Notes: generated from the sequence alone by a model not told the origin. Positions 26,320-49,079 are shown, counted from the first letter of the stretch. The stretch: 64,000 nt of DNA from the human T2T-CHM13v2.0 reference genome, Homo sapiens (GCF_009914755.1 NC_060940.1); one strand, 5' to 3'. Program-made: numbers and translations.

Positions 26320-26429
26320 CCGGGGAGTCACAATCCGAGATCAATCCCCTGTCCTCCTGCTCTTTGCTCCACCTACGACCTCGGGTCCTCAGACCAACCA
26401 GCCCAAGGAACATCTCACCAGTTTTAAAT

Positions 26430-26438
26430 CCGGTAAGT
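26430..26438 (+). promoter_or_regulatory. HERV-H major splice donor
   Basis: CCG|GTAAGT at the usual leader position. Confidence 0.8.
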
Positions 26439-26765
26439 GGCCTCTTTTTACTCTTTTCTCCAACCTCTCTCACTATCCCTCAACCTCTTTCTCCTTACAA
26501 TCTTGGCGCCACACTTCAATCTCGCCCTTCTCTTAATTTCAGTTCCTTTCCTTTTCTGGTAGAGACAAAGCAGACACGTTTTATTTGTGGACCCAAAACT
26601 CCGGCGCCAGTCACGGACTCGGGAAGACAGTCTTCCCTTGGTGTTTAATCATGCGGGGACGCTTGCCTGATTATTCACCCACATTTCACTGGTGGCAAGT
26701 CAATTGCGGGGATGCCTGCTTTGGCTGCTCACCCACATTGCAGCCCAGGGCTGCTCACCTGCTCA

Positions 26766-27100
26766 CCCACCCCTTCTCTCCGTGTCTCTACCCACCCCTT
26801 CTCCACTTTCCTGAGGAGCAAGCACCCCCCACCCCTCCTCGCCATTTCTCCACCCCTTCTCCGCTTTCCTGGGGGGCAAGCACCCCCCACCCCTTCTCAC
26901 TTTCCTGGGGGGCAAGCATCCCCCACCCCTTCTCCCCATGTCTCCACCCCTTCTCCACTTTCCCGGGAGGCAAGCACCCCCCACCCCTTCTTTCCATGTC
27001 TCTGCCCCTTTTCCACTTTCGTCGGGGGGAAGCACCCCCCATCCCTTCTCACTTTCCTGAGGGGGAAGCACCCCCCACCCCTTCTGTCTGTGTCTCTACC
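26766..27100 (+). repeat. HERV-H leader C-rich tandem repeat (58/36-bp units)
   Basis: AAGCA(C/T)CCCC at 26820, 26878, 26914, 26972, 27030 and 27066. Confidence 0.9.
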
Positions 27101-27199
27101 CTCTCTTTTCTCCGGACTTGCCTCCTTCACTATAGGCAACCTTCCATCCTCCATTCCTCCTTCTCCCTTAGCCTGTGTTCTCAAGAACTTAAAACCTCT

Positions 27200-28380
27200 T
27201 CAACTCTCGCCTGACCTAAAACCTAAACGCCTTATTTTCTTCTGCAATGCTGCTTCACCCCAATACAAACTCGACAATGGCTCTAAATGGCCAGAAAATG
27301 GCACTTCAGGTTTCTCCATCCTACAAGACCTAAATAATTCTTGTCGTAAAATGGGCAAACGGTCTGAGGTGCCTGACGTCCAGGCATTCTTTTACACATC
27401 GGTCCCTCCCTAGTCTCTGTTCCTAATGCAACTCATCCCAAATCTTCCTTCTTTCCCTCCCGCCTGTCCCCTCAGTCCCAACCCCAAGTGTTGCTGAGTC
27501 TTTTGAATCTTCCTTTTCTGGGGACCCATCTGACCTCTCCCCTCCTCCCCAGGCTGCTCCTCGCCAGGACAAGCTAGGTCCCAATTCTTCCTCAGCCTCT
27601 GCTCCTCCACCCTATAATCTTTTTATCACCTCCCCTCCTCACACCTGGTCCGGCTTACAGTTTCGTTCTGTGACTAGCCCTCCCCCACCTGCCCAGCAAT
27701 TTACTCTTAAAAAGGTGGCTGGAGCTAAAGGCATAGTCAAGGTTAATGCTCCTTTTTCTTTATCGCAAATCAGATAGCATTTAGGCTCTTTTTCATCAAA
27801 TATAAAAACCCAGCCCAGTCCACGGCCTGTTTGGCAACAACCCTTAGATGCTTTACCGCCCTAGACCCAGAAGAGCCAGAAGGCCATCTTATTCTCAATA
27901 TGCATTTTATCACCCAATCAGCTCCTGACATTAGAAAAAAACTTCAAAAATTAGAATCTGGCCCTCAAACCCCACAACAGGAATTAATCAACCTCACCTT
28001 CAAGGTGTACAATAATAGAGAGGAGGCAGCCAGATGGCAACGCATTTCTGAGTTACAATTACTTGCCTCTGCTGTCAGAGAAACCCCAGCCACATCTCCA
28101 GCACACAAGAACTTAAACACCTGAACCACAGCTGCCAGGGTTTCCTCCACGACCTCCTCCCCCAGGAGCTTGCTTCAAGTGCTGGAAATCTGGCCACAGG
28201 GCCAAGGAATGCCCACAGCCTGGGATTCCTCCTAAGCTGTGTCCCATCTGTGCAGGACCCCACTGAAAATCGTACTGTCCAACTCACCTGGCAGCCACTT
28301 CCAGAGTCCCTGGAACTCTGGCCCAAGGCTCTGTGACTGACTCCTTCCCAGATCTTCTCAGCTTAGCAGCTGAAGACTGA
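27200..28380 (+). pseudogene. gag: HERV-H gag remnant
   Basis: HFITQSAPDIRKKLQKL capsid C-terminus; zinc knuckle CFKCWKSGHRAKEC at 28171-28212; many stops. Confidence 0.85.
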
Positions 28381-28399
28381 CGCTGCCCAATCGCCTCAG

Positions 28400-28820
28400 A
28401 AGCCCCCTGGACCATCACAGACGCCAAGCTTCAGGTAACTCTCACAGTGGAGGGTAAGTCCATACCCTTCTTAATCAATATGGAGACTACCCACTCCACC
28501 TTACCTTATTTTCAAGGGCCTGTTTCCCTTGCCTCCATAACTGTTGTGGGTATTGACGGCCAGGCTTCTAAACCTCTTAAAACTCCCCAACGCTGGTGCC
28601 AGCTTGGACAACATACTTTTAAGCACTCCTTTTTAGTTAGCCCCACCTGCCCAGCTCCCTTTTTTGGTTGAGATATTTTAACTAAATTATCTGCTTCTCT
28701 GACTATTCCTGGGCTACAGCCACACCTCATTGCCACCTTTTCTCCCAGTTCAAAGCCTCCTTCACATCCTCTCCTTGTATCTCCCCACCTTAATCCACAA
28801 GTATAGGATACCTCTACTCC
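28400..28820 (+). pseudogene. pro: HERV-H protease remnant
   Basis: VEGKSIPFLINMETTHSTLP (DTGA active site lost), VVGIDG. Confidence 0.8.
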
Positions 28821-28824
28821 CTCC

Positions 28825-29466
28825 TTGGCAACAAATGATGCACCCCTTATCATCCCATTAAAACCTAATCACCTTTACCCCACTCAACACCAATGTCCCA
28901 TCCCACAGCATGCTTTAAAAGGATTAAAGCCAGTTATCACTCACCTGTTACAGCATGGCCTTTTAAAGCCTATAAGCTCCCCTTACAATTCCCCCATTTT
29001 ACCTGTCCTAAAACCAGACAAGCCTTACAAGTTAGTTCAGGATCCGTGCCTTATCAACCAAATTGTTTTTGCCTATCCACCCCATGGTGCCAAACCCATA
29101 CACTCCTATCCTCAATAACTCTCTCCACAACCCATTATTCTGTTCTGGATCTCAAACATGCTTTCTTTACTATTCCTTTACACCCTTCATCCCAGCCTCT
29201 CTTTGCTTTCACTTGGACTGACCCTGACACCCATCAGGCTCAGCAAATTACCTGGGCTGTACTGCCGCAAGGCTTCACAGACAGCCCCCACTACTTCAGT
29301 CAAGCCCAAATTTCTTCTTCCTCTGTTACCTATCTCAGCATAATTCTCATGAAAACACACGTGCTCTCCCTGCTGATCGTGTCCGCTAATCTCCCAAATC
29401 CCAATCCCTTCTACAAAACAACAACTCCTTTCCTTCCTAGGCATGGTTAATGTGGTCAGAATTCTT
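28825..29466 (+). pseudogene. pol: HERV-H pol, RT 5' part
   Basis: SPYNSPILPVLKP, VLDLKHAFFTIPL, LPQGFTDSP; no YxDD seen; frameshifted. Confidence 0.9.
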
Positions 29467-29690
29467 TTTTTTTTTTATTACTATTATTATACTTTAAGTT
29501 TTAGGATACATGTGCACAACATCCAGGTTTGTTACATATGTATACATGTGCCATGTTGGTGTGCTGCACCCATTAACTTGCCATTTAGCATTAGGAATAT
29601 CTCCTAATGCTATCCCTCCCCACTACCCCCACCCTACAACAGTCCCCAGTGTGTGATGTTCCCCTTCCTGTGTCCGTGTGTTCTCATTGT

Positions 29691-33512
<3,822 letters not shown>

Positions 33513-33560
33513 TTATTTTGCTCATTAGTTGATGCAGTTTCCTCCTAGCCTTGATGGTCT

Positions 33561-34574
33561 TTACAATTTGGTATGTTTTTGCAGTGGCTGGTACTGGTTG
33601 TTCCTTTCCATGTTTAGTGCTTCCTTCAGGAGCTCTTTTAGGGAAGGCCTAGTGGTGACAAAATCTCTCAGCATTTGCTTGTCTGTAAAGTATTTTATTT
33701 CTCCTTCACTTATGAAACTTAGTTTGGCTGGATATGAAATTCTGGGTTGAAAATTCTTTTCTTTAAGAATGTTGAATATTGGCCCCCACTCTCTTCTGGC
33801 TTGTAGAGTTTCTGCCGAAAGATCAGCTGTTAGTCTGATGGGCTTCCCTTTGTGGGTAACCCGACCTTTCTCTCTGGCTTCCCTTAACATTTTTTCCTTC
33901 ATTTCAACTTTGGTGAATCTGAAAATTATGTGACTTGGAGTTGCTCTTCTCGAGGAGTATCTTTGTGGCGTTCTCTATATTTCCTGAATTTGAATGTTTG
34001 CCTGCCTTGCTATATTGGGGAAGTTCTCCTGGATAATATCCTGCAGAGTGTTTTCCCACTTGGTCCCATTCTCCCTGTCACTTTCAGGTACACCAATTAG
34101 ATGTAGATTTGGTCTTTTCACATAGTCCCATATTTCTTGGAGGCTTTGTTCGTTTCTTTTCTTTTTTCTCTAAACTTCTCTTCATGCTTCATTTCATTCA
34201 TTTCATCTTCCATCGCTGATACCCTTTCTTCCAGTTGATCACATCAGTTACTGAGGCTTGCGCATTCGTCACATATTTCTCATGCCGTGCTTTTCAGCTC
34301 CATCAGGTTTTTTAAGGACTTCTCTGCATTGGTTATTCTAGTTATCCATTCGTTTAATTTTTTTTCAAAGTTTTTAACTTCTTTGCCGTTGGTTCAAACT
34401 TCCTCCTTTAGCTTGGAGTAGTTTGATCTTCTGAAGCCTTCTTCTCTCAACTCGTCAAAGTCATTCTCCATCCAGCTTTGTTCCGTTGCTGGTGAGGAGC
34501 TGCATTCCTTTGGAGGAGGAGAGGCGCTCTGATTTTTAGAGTTTCCGGTTTTTCTGCTCTGTTTTTTTCCCCAT
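33561..34574 (-). pseudogene. L1 ORF1, frameshifted
   Basis: ATGGGG followed by 7 A rather than 6 (early +1 shift); C-terminal YPAKLS and ARREW motifs in the 33561-33902 fragment. Confidence 0.9.
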
Positions 34575-35148
34575 CTTTGTGGTTTTATCTACCTGTTGTC
34601 TTTGATGATGGTGACCTACAGATGGGTTTTTGGTGTGGATGTCCTTTCTGTTTGTTAGTTTTCCTTCTAACAGTCAGGACCCTCAGATGCAGGTCTGTTG
34701 GAGCTTACTGGAGGTCCACTTCAGACCCTGTTTGCCTGGGTATGAGCAGCAGTGGCTGCAGAACAGCGGATATTGGTGAACCGCAAATGCTGCTGCCTGA
34801 TCGTTCCTCTGGAAGTTTTGTCTCAGAGGAGTACTCGGCTGTGTGAGGTGTCAGTCTGCCCTTACTGAGGGGTGCTCCCAGTTAGGCTACTCTAGGGTTA
34901 GGGACCCACTTGAGGAGGCAGTCTGCCTGTTCTCAGATCTCAAGCTGCATGCTGGGAGAACCACTACTGTCTTCAAAACTATCAGACAGGGACATTTAAG
35001 TCTGCAGAGGTTATTGCTGTCTTTTGTTTGTCTGTGCCCTACCCCTAGAGGTGGAGCCTACAGAGGCAGGCAGTCCTCCTTGAGCTGTGGTGGGCTCCAC
35101 CCAGTTCCACCTTCCTGGCTGCTTTGTTTACCTGCTCAAGCCTAGGCA

Positions 35149-35412
35149 ATGGCGGGCTCCCCGCCCCCAGCCTCACTGCTGCCTTGCAGTTTGATCTCAG
35201 ACTGGCGTTCTAGCAATGAGCGAGGCTCTGTGGGCGTAGGACCCTCTGAGCCCAGTGCGGGATATAATCTCCTGGTGTGCCCTTTGTTAAGCCTGTTGGA
35301 AGTGCGCAGTATTTGGGTGGGAGTGGCCCGATTTTCCAGGTGCTGTCTTTCACCCCTTTCTTTGACTAGGAAAGGGAATTACCTGACCCCTCGTGCTTCC
35401 CGCGTGAGGTGA
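35149..35412 (+). CDS. LINE-1 antisense ORF0, 87 aa (open; expression unknown)
   Basis: MAGSPPPASLLPCSLISD...SVGVGPSEP matches L1 ORF0; ATG in strong Kozak context GCAATGG. Confidence 0.6.
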   Translation: MAGSPPPASLLPCSLISDWRSSNERGSVGVGPSEPSAGYNLLVCPLLSLLEVRSIWVGVARFSRCCLSPLSLTRKGNYLTPRASRVR

Positions 35413-35601
35413 TGACTCGCCCTGCTTTGGCTTACGCACGGTGCGCTGTACCCACTGTCCTGCACCCACTGTCTGGCACTCCCAAGTGAGATGAACCTGG
35501 TACCTCAGTTGGAAATGCAGAAATCACCCATCTTCTGCGTCGCTCACGCTGGGAGCTATAGACTGGAGCTGTTCCTATTCGGCCGTCTTGGCTCCACCAT
35601 C

Positions 35602-36960
35602 TGGTCAGAATTCTTACACAAGAGCTGGGACTGCACCGTGTAGCCTTTCTGTCGAAACAACTTGACCTTACTGTTTTAGCATAGCCTTCCTATCTGCATG
35701 CAGTGGCTCCTACTGCCTTAATACTTTTTAGAGGCCCTCAAAATCACAAACTATGCTCAACTCATGCTCTACAGTTCTCGTAACTTCCAAAATATATTTT
35801 CTTCCTCACACCTGATGCATATACTTTCTTGCCCCCCTTCACTACCTCTCAGAAAGCCAAACTCATTGCCTTAACTTGAGCCCTCACTCTTGCAAAAGGA
35901 CTACACGTCAATATTTATACTGACGCTAAATATGCCTTCCATACCCTGCACCAGCATGCTGTTATATAGGCAAAAAGAGGTTTCCTCACTACTCAAGGGT
36001 CCTCCATCATTAATGCCTCTTTAATAAAAATGCTTCTCAAAGCCGCTTTACTTCCAAAGGAAGCTGGAGTCACTTACTGTGAAGGCCATCAAAGGGCATC
36101 AGATCCCATCACTCAGGACAATGCTTATGCTGATAAGTTAGCTAAAAAAGCAGCTAGCATTCCAACTTCTATCCCTCATGGCAGTTTTTCTTCTTCTCAT
36201 CTGGCCACTCTCACCTACTCCCCCGCTGAAACTTCCACCTATCAATCTCTTCCCACACAAGGCAAATGGTTCTTGACCCAAGGAAAATGTCTCCTTCCAG
36301 CCTCACAGGCCCATTCTATTCTGTTGTCATTTCATAACCTCTTTCATGTAGGTTACAAGCCGCTAGCCCACCTCATAGGACCTCTCATTTCCTTTCAATC
36401 ATGGAAATCTATCCTCAAGGAAATCACTTCTCAGTGTTCCATCTGCTATTCTACTACCCCTCAGGGATTTCTCAGGCCCCCTCCCTTCCCTACACATCAA
36501 GCTCGGGGATTTGCCCCAACCCAGGACTGGCAAATTGACTTTACTCACGTGCCTCGAGTCAGGAAACTAAAATACCTCTTGGTCTAGGTAGACACTTTCA
36601 ATGGATGGGTAGAGGCCTTTCCCACAGGGTCTGAGAAGGCCACCATGGTCATTTCTTCCCTTCTGTCATAAATAATTCCTCAGTTTGGCCTTTCCACCTC
36701 TATATAGTCCGATAACAGACTGGCCTTTATTAGTTAAATCACCCAAGCAGTTTCTCAGGCTCTTGGTATTCAGTGAACTAATGGTCTTTTAAAAATACAC
36801 CTCACCAAGCTCAGCCACCAACTTGAAAAGGACTGGACAATACTTTTACCACTTTCCCTTCTCAGAACTTGGGCCTGTCCTTGGAATGCTACAGGGTACA
36901 GCCCATTTGAGCTCCTGTATGGGCGCTCCTTTTTATTAGGCCCCAGTCTCATTCCAGACA
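35602..36960 (+). pseudogene. pol: HERV-H pol 3' part (RNase H and integrase remnants)
   Basis: VAFLSKQLD, NIYTDAKYA, HHCC (HNLFH...CSIC), WQIDFTH, WVEAFP; many stops. Confidence 0.9.
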
Positions 36961-37565
36961 CCAGACCAACTTGGACTGTGCCCCAGAAAACTTGTCATCC
37001 CTACTATCTTCTGTCTAGTCATTCTCCTATTCACCATTCTCAACTACTCATAAATGCCCTGCTCTTGTTTACACTGCCGGTTTACACTGTTTCTCCAAGC
37101 CATCATAGCTGATATCTGCTGGTGCTATCCCCAAACCTCCACTCTTAACTCCCTCTTAAAGTAAATAAGTAATCTTTGCTGGCAAGGCTATGCTGAACCC
37201 CCTTGAGCACTGTCTAATTGGATGTCCTGGGTCCTCCCAATTCTAAGTCATTTAATATCTGTTTTTCTTCTTCTCTTAATTCGGACCTTGTGTCTTCCAT
37301 TTAGTTTCTCAATTCATACAAAACCACATCCAGGCCATCACCAATCATTCTACATGACGAATGCTCCTTTTAACAACCCCACAATATCACCCCTTACCAC
37401 AAAATCTTCCTTCAGCTTAATCTCTCCCACTCTAAGTTCCCACACCGCCCCTAATCCTGCTCAAAGCAGCCTGAGAAACATCGCCCATTATCTCTCCATA
37501 CCACTCCCAAAATTTTCGCCACCCAACACTTTACCACTATTTCATTTTATTTTTCTTATTAATAT

Positions 37566-37578
37566 AAGAAGACAGGAA
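37566..37578 (+). other. Polypurine tract
   Basis: AAGAAGACAGGAA immediately 5' of the 3' LTR. Confidence 0.85.
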
Positions 37579-37989
37579 TGTCAGGCTTCTGAGCCCAAGC
37601 TAAGCCATCATATCCCCTATGACCTGCACATACACCTCCAGATGGCTGGTTTCTGCCTTAACTGATGACATTCCACCACAAAAGAAGTGAAAATGGCTTG
37701 TTCCTGCCTTAACTGATGACATTACCTTGTGAAATTCCTTCTCCTGGCTCATCCTGGCTCAAAAGCTCCCCCGCTGAGCACTTTGTGACCCCCGCCCCTA
37801 CCGGCCAGAGAACAACCCCCTTTGACTGTAATTTTCTTTACCTACCCAAATCCTATAAAATGGCCCCACCCCTATCTCCCTTCACTGACTCTCTTTTCGG
37901 ACTCTGCCCGCCTGCACCCAGGTGAAATAAACAGCCTTGTTGCTCACACAAAGCCTGTTTGGTGGTCTCTTCACACGGACCAAGTGAAA
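37579..37989 (+). promoter_or_regulatory. HERV-H 3' LTR (LTR7), 411 bp
   Basis: Direct repeat of the 5' LTR; TATAAAA near 37854; AATAAA at 37926-37931. Confidence 0.95.
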
Positions 37990-38604
37990 CCACCGAGTCA
38001 AGAAATTTAGCAACTGTCGTTTTTTTGTATTTCTCCTAAATTGGATTTTCCAGAAACACAATGAATATTTATAATGGCATTAATGAGCTCACTTATCACC
38101 AAGTGCTGGTTTGCAGACGTGATCTGAATGATGCCACCTTTCACTCTTTCTTTTTGAGTCTTTTGGCCAAGAATTACCATGTAAGGTTTTGCACAAGAAA
38201 GGAAATCTGCCATCTATTTGGTGCAATGGCCTTATTTGTGTATTCAAAAAGACATGATCCGGAGTGGGAGGTTTCATTAAAGTGGTTGCAACCCTCCAAG
38301 TCATTCTTCTTGCACTATTTGTCTGTGGAGCTTTGGGGTAGAAATTAATCAAATTTTTGGCAGAGATTTGTAGGATATTAATGTTGGTTGGGGATTTGAT
38401 CCACTGTTTTCTTGAAGTGGGAAGAAAAGATCCCAGGAACACTGCCCAGCTAAGGGTGAGTGAATGTGATGGTAATTTACATGGAAAGGATTAACCAATT
38501 CTTCCTGAAGGATGAAACTGATCACCTTTGAGAGGTAGTGTGCCTCAGGGTCTGTTCCCACCCTTCCTCAGTGGCTGGGCTGAAACTACTGCCCCTGGTT
38601 CTCA

Positions 38605-38974
<370 letters not shown>

Positions 38975-39099
38975 TCAACCTCTAGAAGCAAAGTAGAGAA
39001 TCTCATTCCTATCCAGCTGGCACTGACTATGTGGGAGTTTGACATTATGTTTAGGGGCTAAAGTTTTTTTATTCCAATAGATCATGTACGAGTTAAGGG

Positions 39100-40011
39100 A
39101 TATTATCCATTAGAATAAAACCTTCGCCCTCTGAAAGTTCCCTGAAAATCAACTGACAAAATGTAAATGATAGAAGAAAAGGCATACACGTTTATTAGCA
39201 TGTGCTGGGGAGGATCGCAGAGTGATGGCCTAATATCCCAAAGGGATACAGATTCTTCTATATCCGACTTCTTAGGGGAGAGGATCATGGAAAAGTGTGA
39301 ATGATTTTAGGAGAATAGCAAAGGATTTTTATTTTTATTATCATTATTATTTTGAGACAGAGTTTTGCTCTTGTCGCCCAGGCTGGAGTGCACTGGCGCA
39401 ATCTCCACCTACTACAACCTCCGCCTCCTGGGTTCAAGCAATTCTCCTGCCTCAGCCTCCCGAATAGCTGAGATTACAGGTGCCCACCACCATGCCCAGC
39501 TAATTTTTGTATTTTTAGTAGAGACGGGGTTATGCCGTGTTGGGCAGGCTGGTCTCCAACTCCTGACCTCAGGTGATCCACCCGCCTCGGCCTCCCAAAG
39601 TGCTGGGATTACAGGCGTGAGCCACAGCTCCCAGCCACAAAGGATTTTTAGGGGAATTCAATGGGCTTAGAGAACACACAGTGGCTCAGAACAAAGTCTG
39701 TTGGGTCTGCAGAGCAGAAAATGATTTGTGACAAGTCTGTTCAGGTGTGTTGGCAGACTTCAGTCAGTCTTCCTGCGATGTGAGTTCAGCTAATGAAAAC
39801 TCAGGGACCGGGGTCATTGTTTTCTTCTTTTTCAGGTCCGGGCTTTAGGTAGATAAGGGAACTTCAGAGAACAACTTCATCCTGTGTTTTGGGAGACACG
39901 GAGGACTGAGCGATGAGAAGTAGGTGGGTGAGGTCAGAGAGACCTTAGGTCTTCCTCAGTTCGGCCCATCAGAGTGCCCTATTTTGGGGTATCGGTTTCT
40001 GACTCCCAACA
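39100..40011 (-). mobile_element. MER39/MER34-group LTR split by AluS (about 39326-39635)
   Basis: Reverse complement starts TGTTGGGAGTCAGAAACCGATACCCCAAAAT; Alu TSD AAAGGATTTTTA. Confidence 0.65.
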
Positions 40012-40066
40012 ATGGTGAAAAAATTGGGCTTGAAGTGGACTGGAAAGTTAGTAAAATTTCTTTAAC

Positions 40067-40530
40067 TGTAGCAGGAGGAGTCATAGACACAACCTCTCAG
40101 ACACCGGATTGTGGAAGGAAAGAGCTTTATTCTTCTGGGAGCATCGGCAGACTCAAGTCCTAGAAACTGAGCTCCCTGAATAAGTAATTACTGTCCCTTT
40201 TAAGGGCTCACACCTCTAAAGGGACTGCATGAAGAGGGGGTCGTGACCGATTGGGCAAGCGAGGGGTAGGTGACTGACGGCTGCATGCACCAGTAATCAC
40301 AACGAAACAGAACAGAACAGGGAGTTTCACAACGCTTCCTCATACAGTGTCTAGAATCTATAGATAACTCAAGCAGTGAGGTCAGGGGTTGAATTTTAAC
40401 TACCAGGCCCGAAATGTGACGCTGGGCTGTCTGACTATGAATTTCACTTCTGCTTATTCTTTTAACTTCTACCTTTTCAGCAAACAAGAAATTAAGTATA
40501 AGACAACATGAGGAGTGGTCTCCTTTCTCA
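40067..40530 (-). mobile_element. Solo LTR2-family LTR (LTR2B/2C, HERV-E/Harlequin)
   Basis: Reverse complement TGAGAAAGGAGACCACTCCTCATGTTGTC...CCTGCTACA; 464 bp; TSD TAAC/TGAC. Confidence 0.85.
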
Positions 40531-41591
40531 TGACCACCTCCGCTAGTTCAGAGAAAGGCGCCCACAGTGACTGGGTGACCAAGATATCGTTGCCTCAGAC
40601 ATTTGCATTTCAAAGGGGATAAATCCAAGACCTTTGAAAAAAATGTTTCTGGGTTGTAAATCTGGCAAGAGGCTTACTTGCCTCTGAAGAGATTTATAGA
40701 CACACCAAAAGATTAAAGTAAGAATTTACGACCACTAGGTTTCTCTCAGGAATACTCTAAGAGGAGGAGGATATGGTCTCTTTTCTTTTGTGGTAACAGG
40801 GGAAATTCTTTTTTTTGTTTTTTCTTTTTTCTTTTTTTTTTTCTTCAATTGGTGATACTCAATTGTCCCAAAACTCTTAGAGTGATTAGAACAGAAAAAG
40901 TTAAATATATCATTGATTTATTTTTTCGGTCTATTTTTTTCAAAATGCCATTATAAGGGTAACACAATTTTATTGTGAGGAAACTGGGGAAGTAAAGAAA
41001 ATCATGAGGAAACTCAAAGCCAGCTTTTGAAGTTCATTCTAAAAGGATGAACTCAATTTGGGTCTGCTTGGTAATTATGTAAATGTCCTGTTATAATTGA
41101 TAATTAACTATTTTGTGTTTTGCATCATCAAAGCCAGCTCGGTATAGTTGAATAAAAGGTACACCAAATGAAATCTCATATCTAGACTAATTTCAAGAGA
41201 ACCAAAGGAAATTATTATAATTATCATGAACTTTCTAATCACTAGAACAGCATAAAACCTTTCTTTATGTAGCAAAGTACCAATGAGTGGCAGGTGCAAG
41301 ATAGAGGCTGTCACAAAAGAAAGGGCAGCCTAAGAATGAGAAGTTATAGCTTCTCTTTTCTATTTCTCCTCCCAGAGGTTGAGTTCTGCATGCCCTCCGT
41401 CCCCACAATTCTACTTGACATTGCCACTGCCTTCCTCTAACCTGTCTCTGTTTCTTCCTTACATTGCTGGTGGAATGACCATTCCGTCTGACATATCAGA
41501 TTATTCACTATTTCTTCCTTCTCTGTTACTCATTTGTTGAACAAGTTTACTGAGCATCTATGTGCCAGCCACTAGCCAAAATGCTGTGGCA

Positions 41592-43693
<2,102 letters not shown>

Positions 43694-43734
43694 TGTTCTT
43701 TTCGAAAATCAGAAACCAACCGGTTTCTTATTAT

Positions 43735-44110
43735 AGACGACTTCCCAGAATGAAAACTACATTACCCACCCTCCTTTGTAATAAGGTGTGTCTGGGTGAC
43801 CACATTTTGTCCAATGGGCTATGAGAAGAGCCATGGACAACTTCCCAGTTCAGTGATGCCTTACAGTATGGTGTGTTCCTTCCTTGTGTCTTTTTCCCCT
43901 GTGTAAAGGTTGGAATGTGGACCTTGGACCATGAGAACCAGCCCAGCACCTTAGAGATGAAGACACAATGAGATGAAAGGATCTTAGGCTCCTGACAGAT
44001 TTGCAAAGTAGGAATTTGAAAAGTAGTTGGACTTCTTTAGGAGAGAGAAATATACTTGCATCTTTGCTCTTGTAAGCCACTGCTATTTGGGGTCTGTGCT
44101 ATGCACAGGT
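43735..44110 (+). mobile_element. Old MLT1 (I/J-like) MaLR LTR
   Basis: CCTTGGACCATGAG...GAGAGAGAAATATAC...TAAGCCACTGCTATTTGGGGTCTG. Confidence 0.6.
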
Positions 44111-44142
44111 GAATGCCTGCCTTTATGAGGAATGTGAGCCCC

Positions 44143-49010
<4,868 letters not shown>

Positions 49011-49079
49011 TTTTTATTAAAAAATGTTTTATTTCATATTTGTTTATGACTTCATCATCATCAACAATGTAATAAGGTC

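Noticed and set aside
26302-26339. tRNA-His gene
   Set aside because: Only the 18-nt PBS complement and two 7-8-nt fragments are present; no cloverleaf.
26766-27100. Regularly spaced repeats resembling a CRISPR array
   Set aside because: The spacers are homologous to each other, the context is a eukaryotic ERV, and there are no cas genes.
26585-27413. Overlapping 209- and 233-aa Pro-rich ORFs
   Set aside because: They arise from the stop-poor C-rich leader repeat; no recognisable domain.
35149-36587. ORF0-integrase fusion protein
   Set aside because: ORF0 ends in TGA TGA (35410-35415). Even with read-through its frame is out of phase with pol and stops at about 35643. The TAG at 35967-35969 used as an acceptor is out of frame with the phase-2 donor at 35339.
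36030-36587. 185-aa RNase H/integrase ORF as a domesticated gene
   Set aside because: It stops just after the first catalytic Asp region and is surrounded by stops; typical HERV-H decay.
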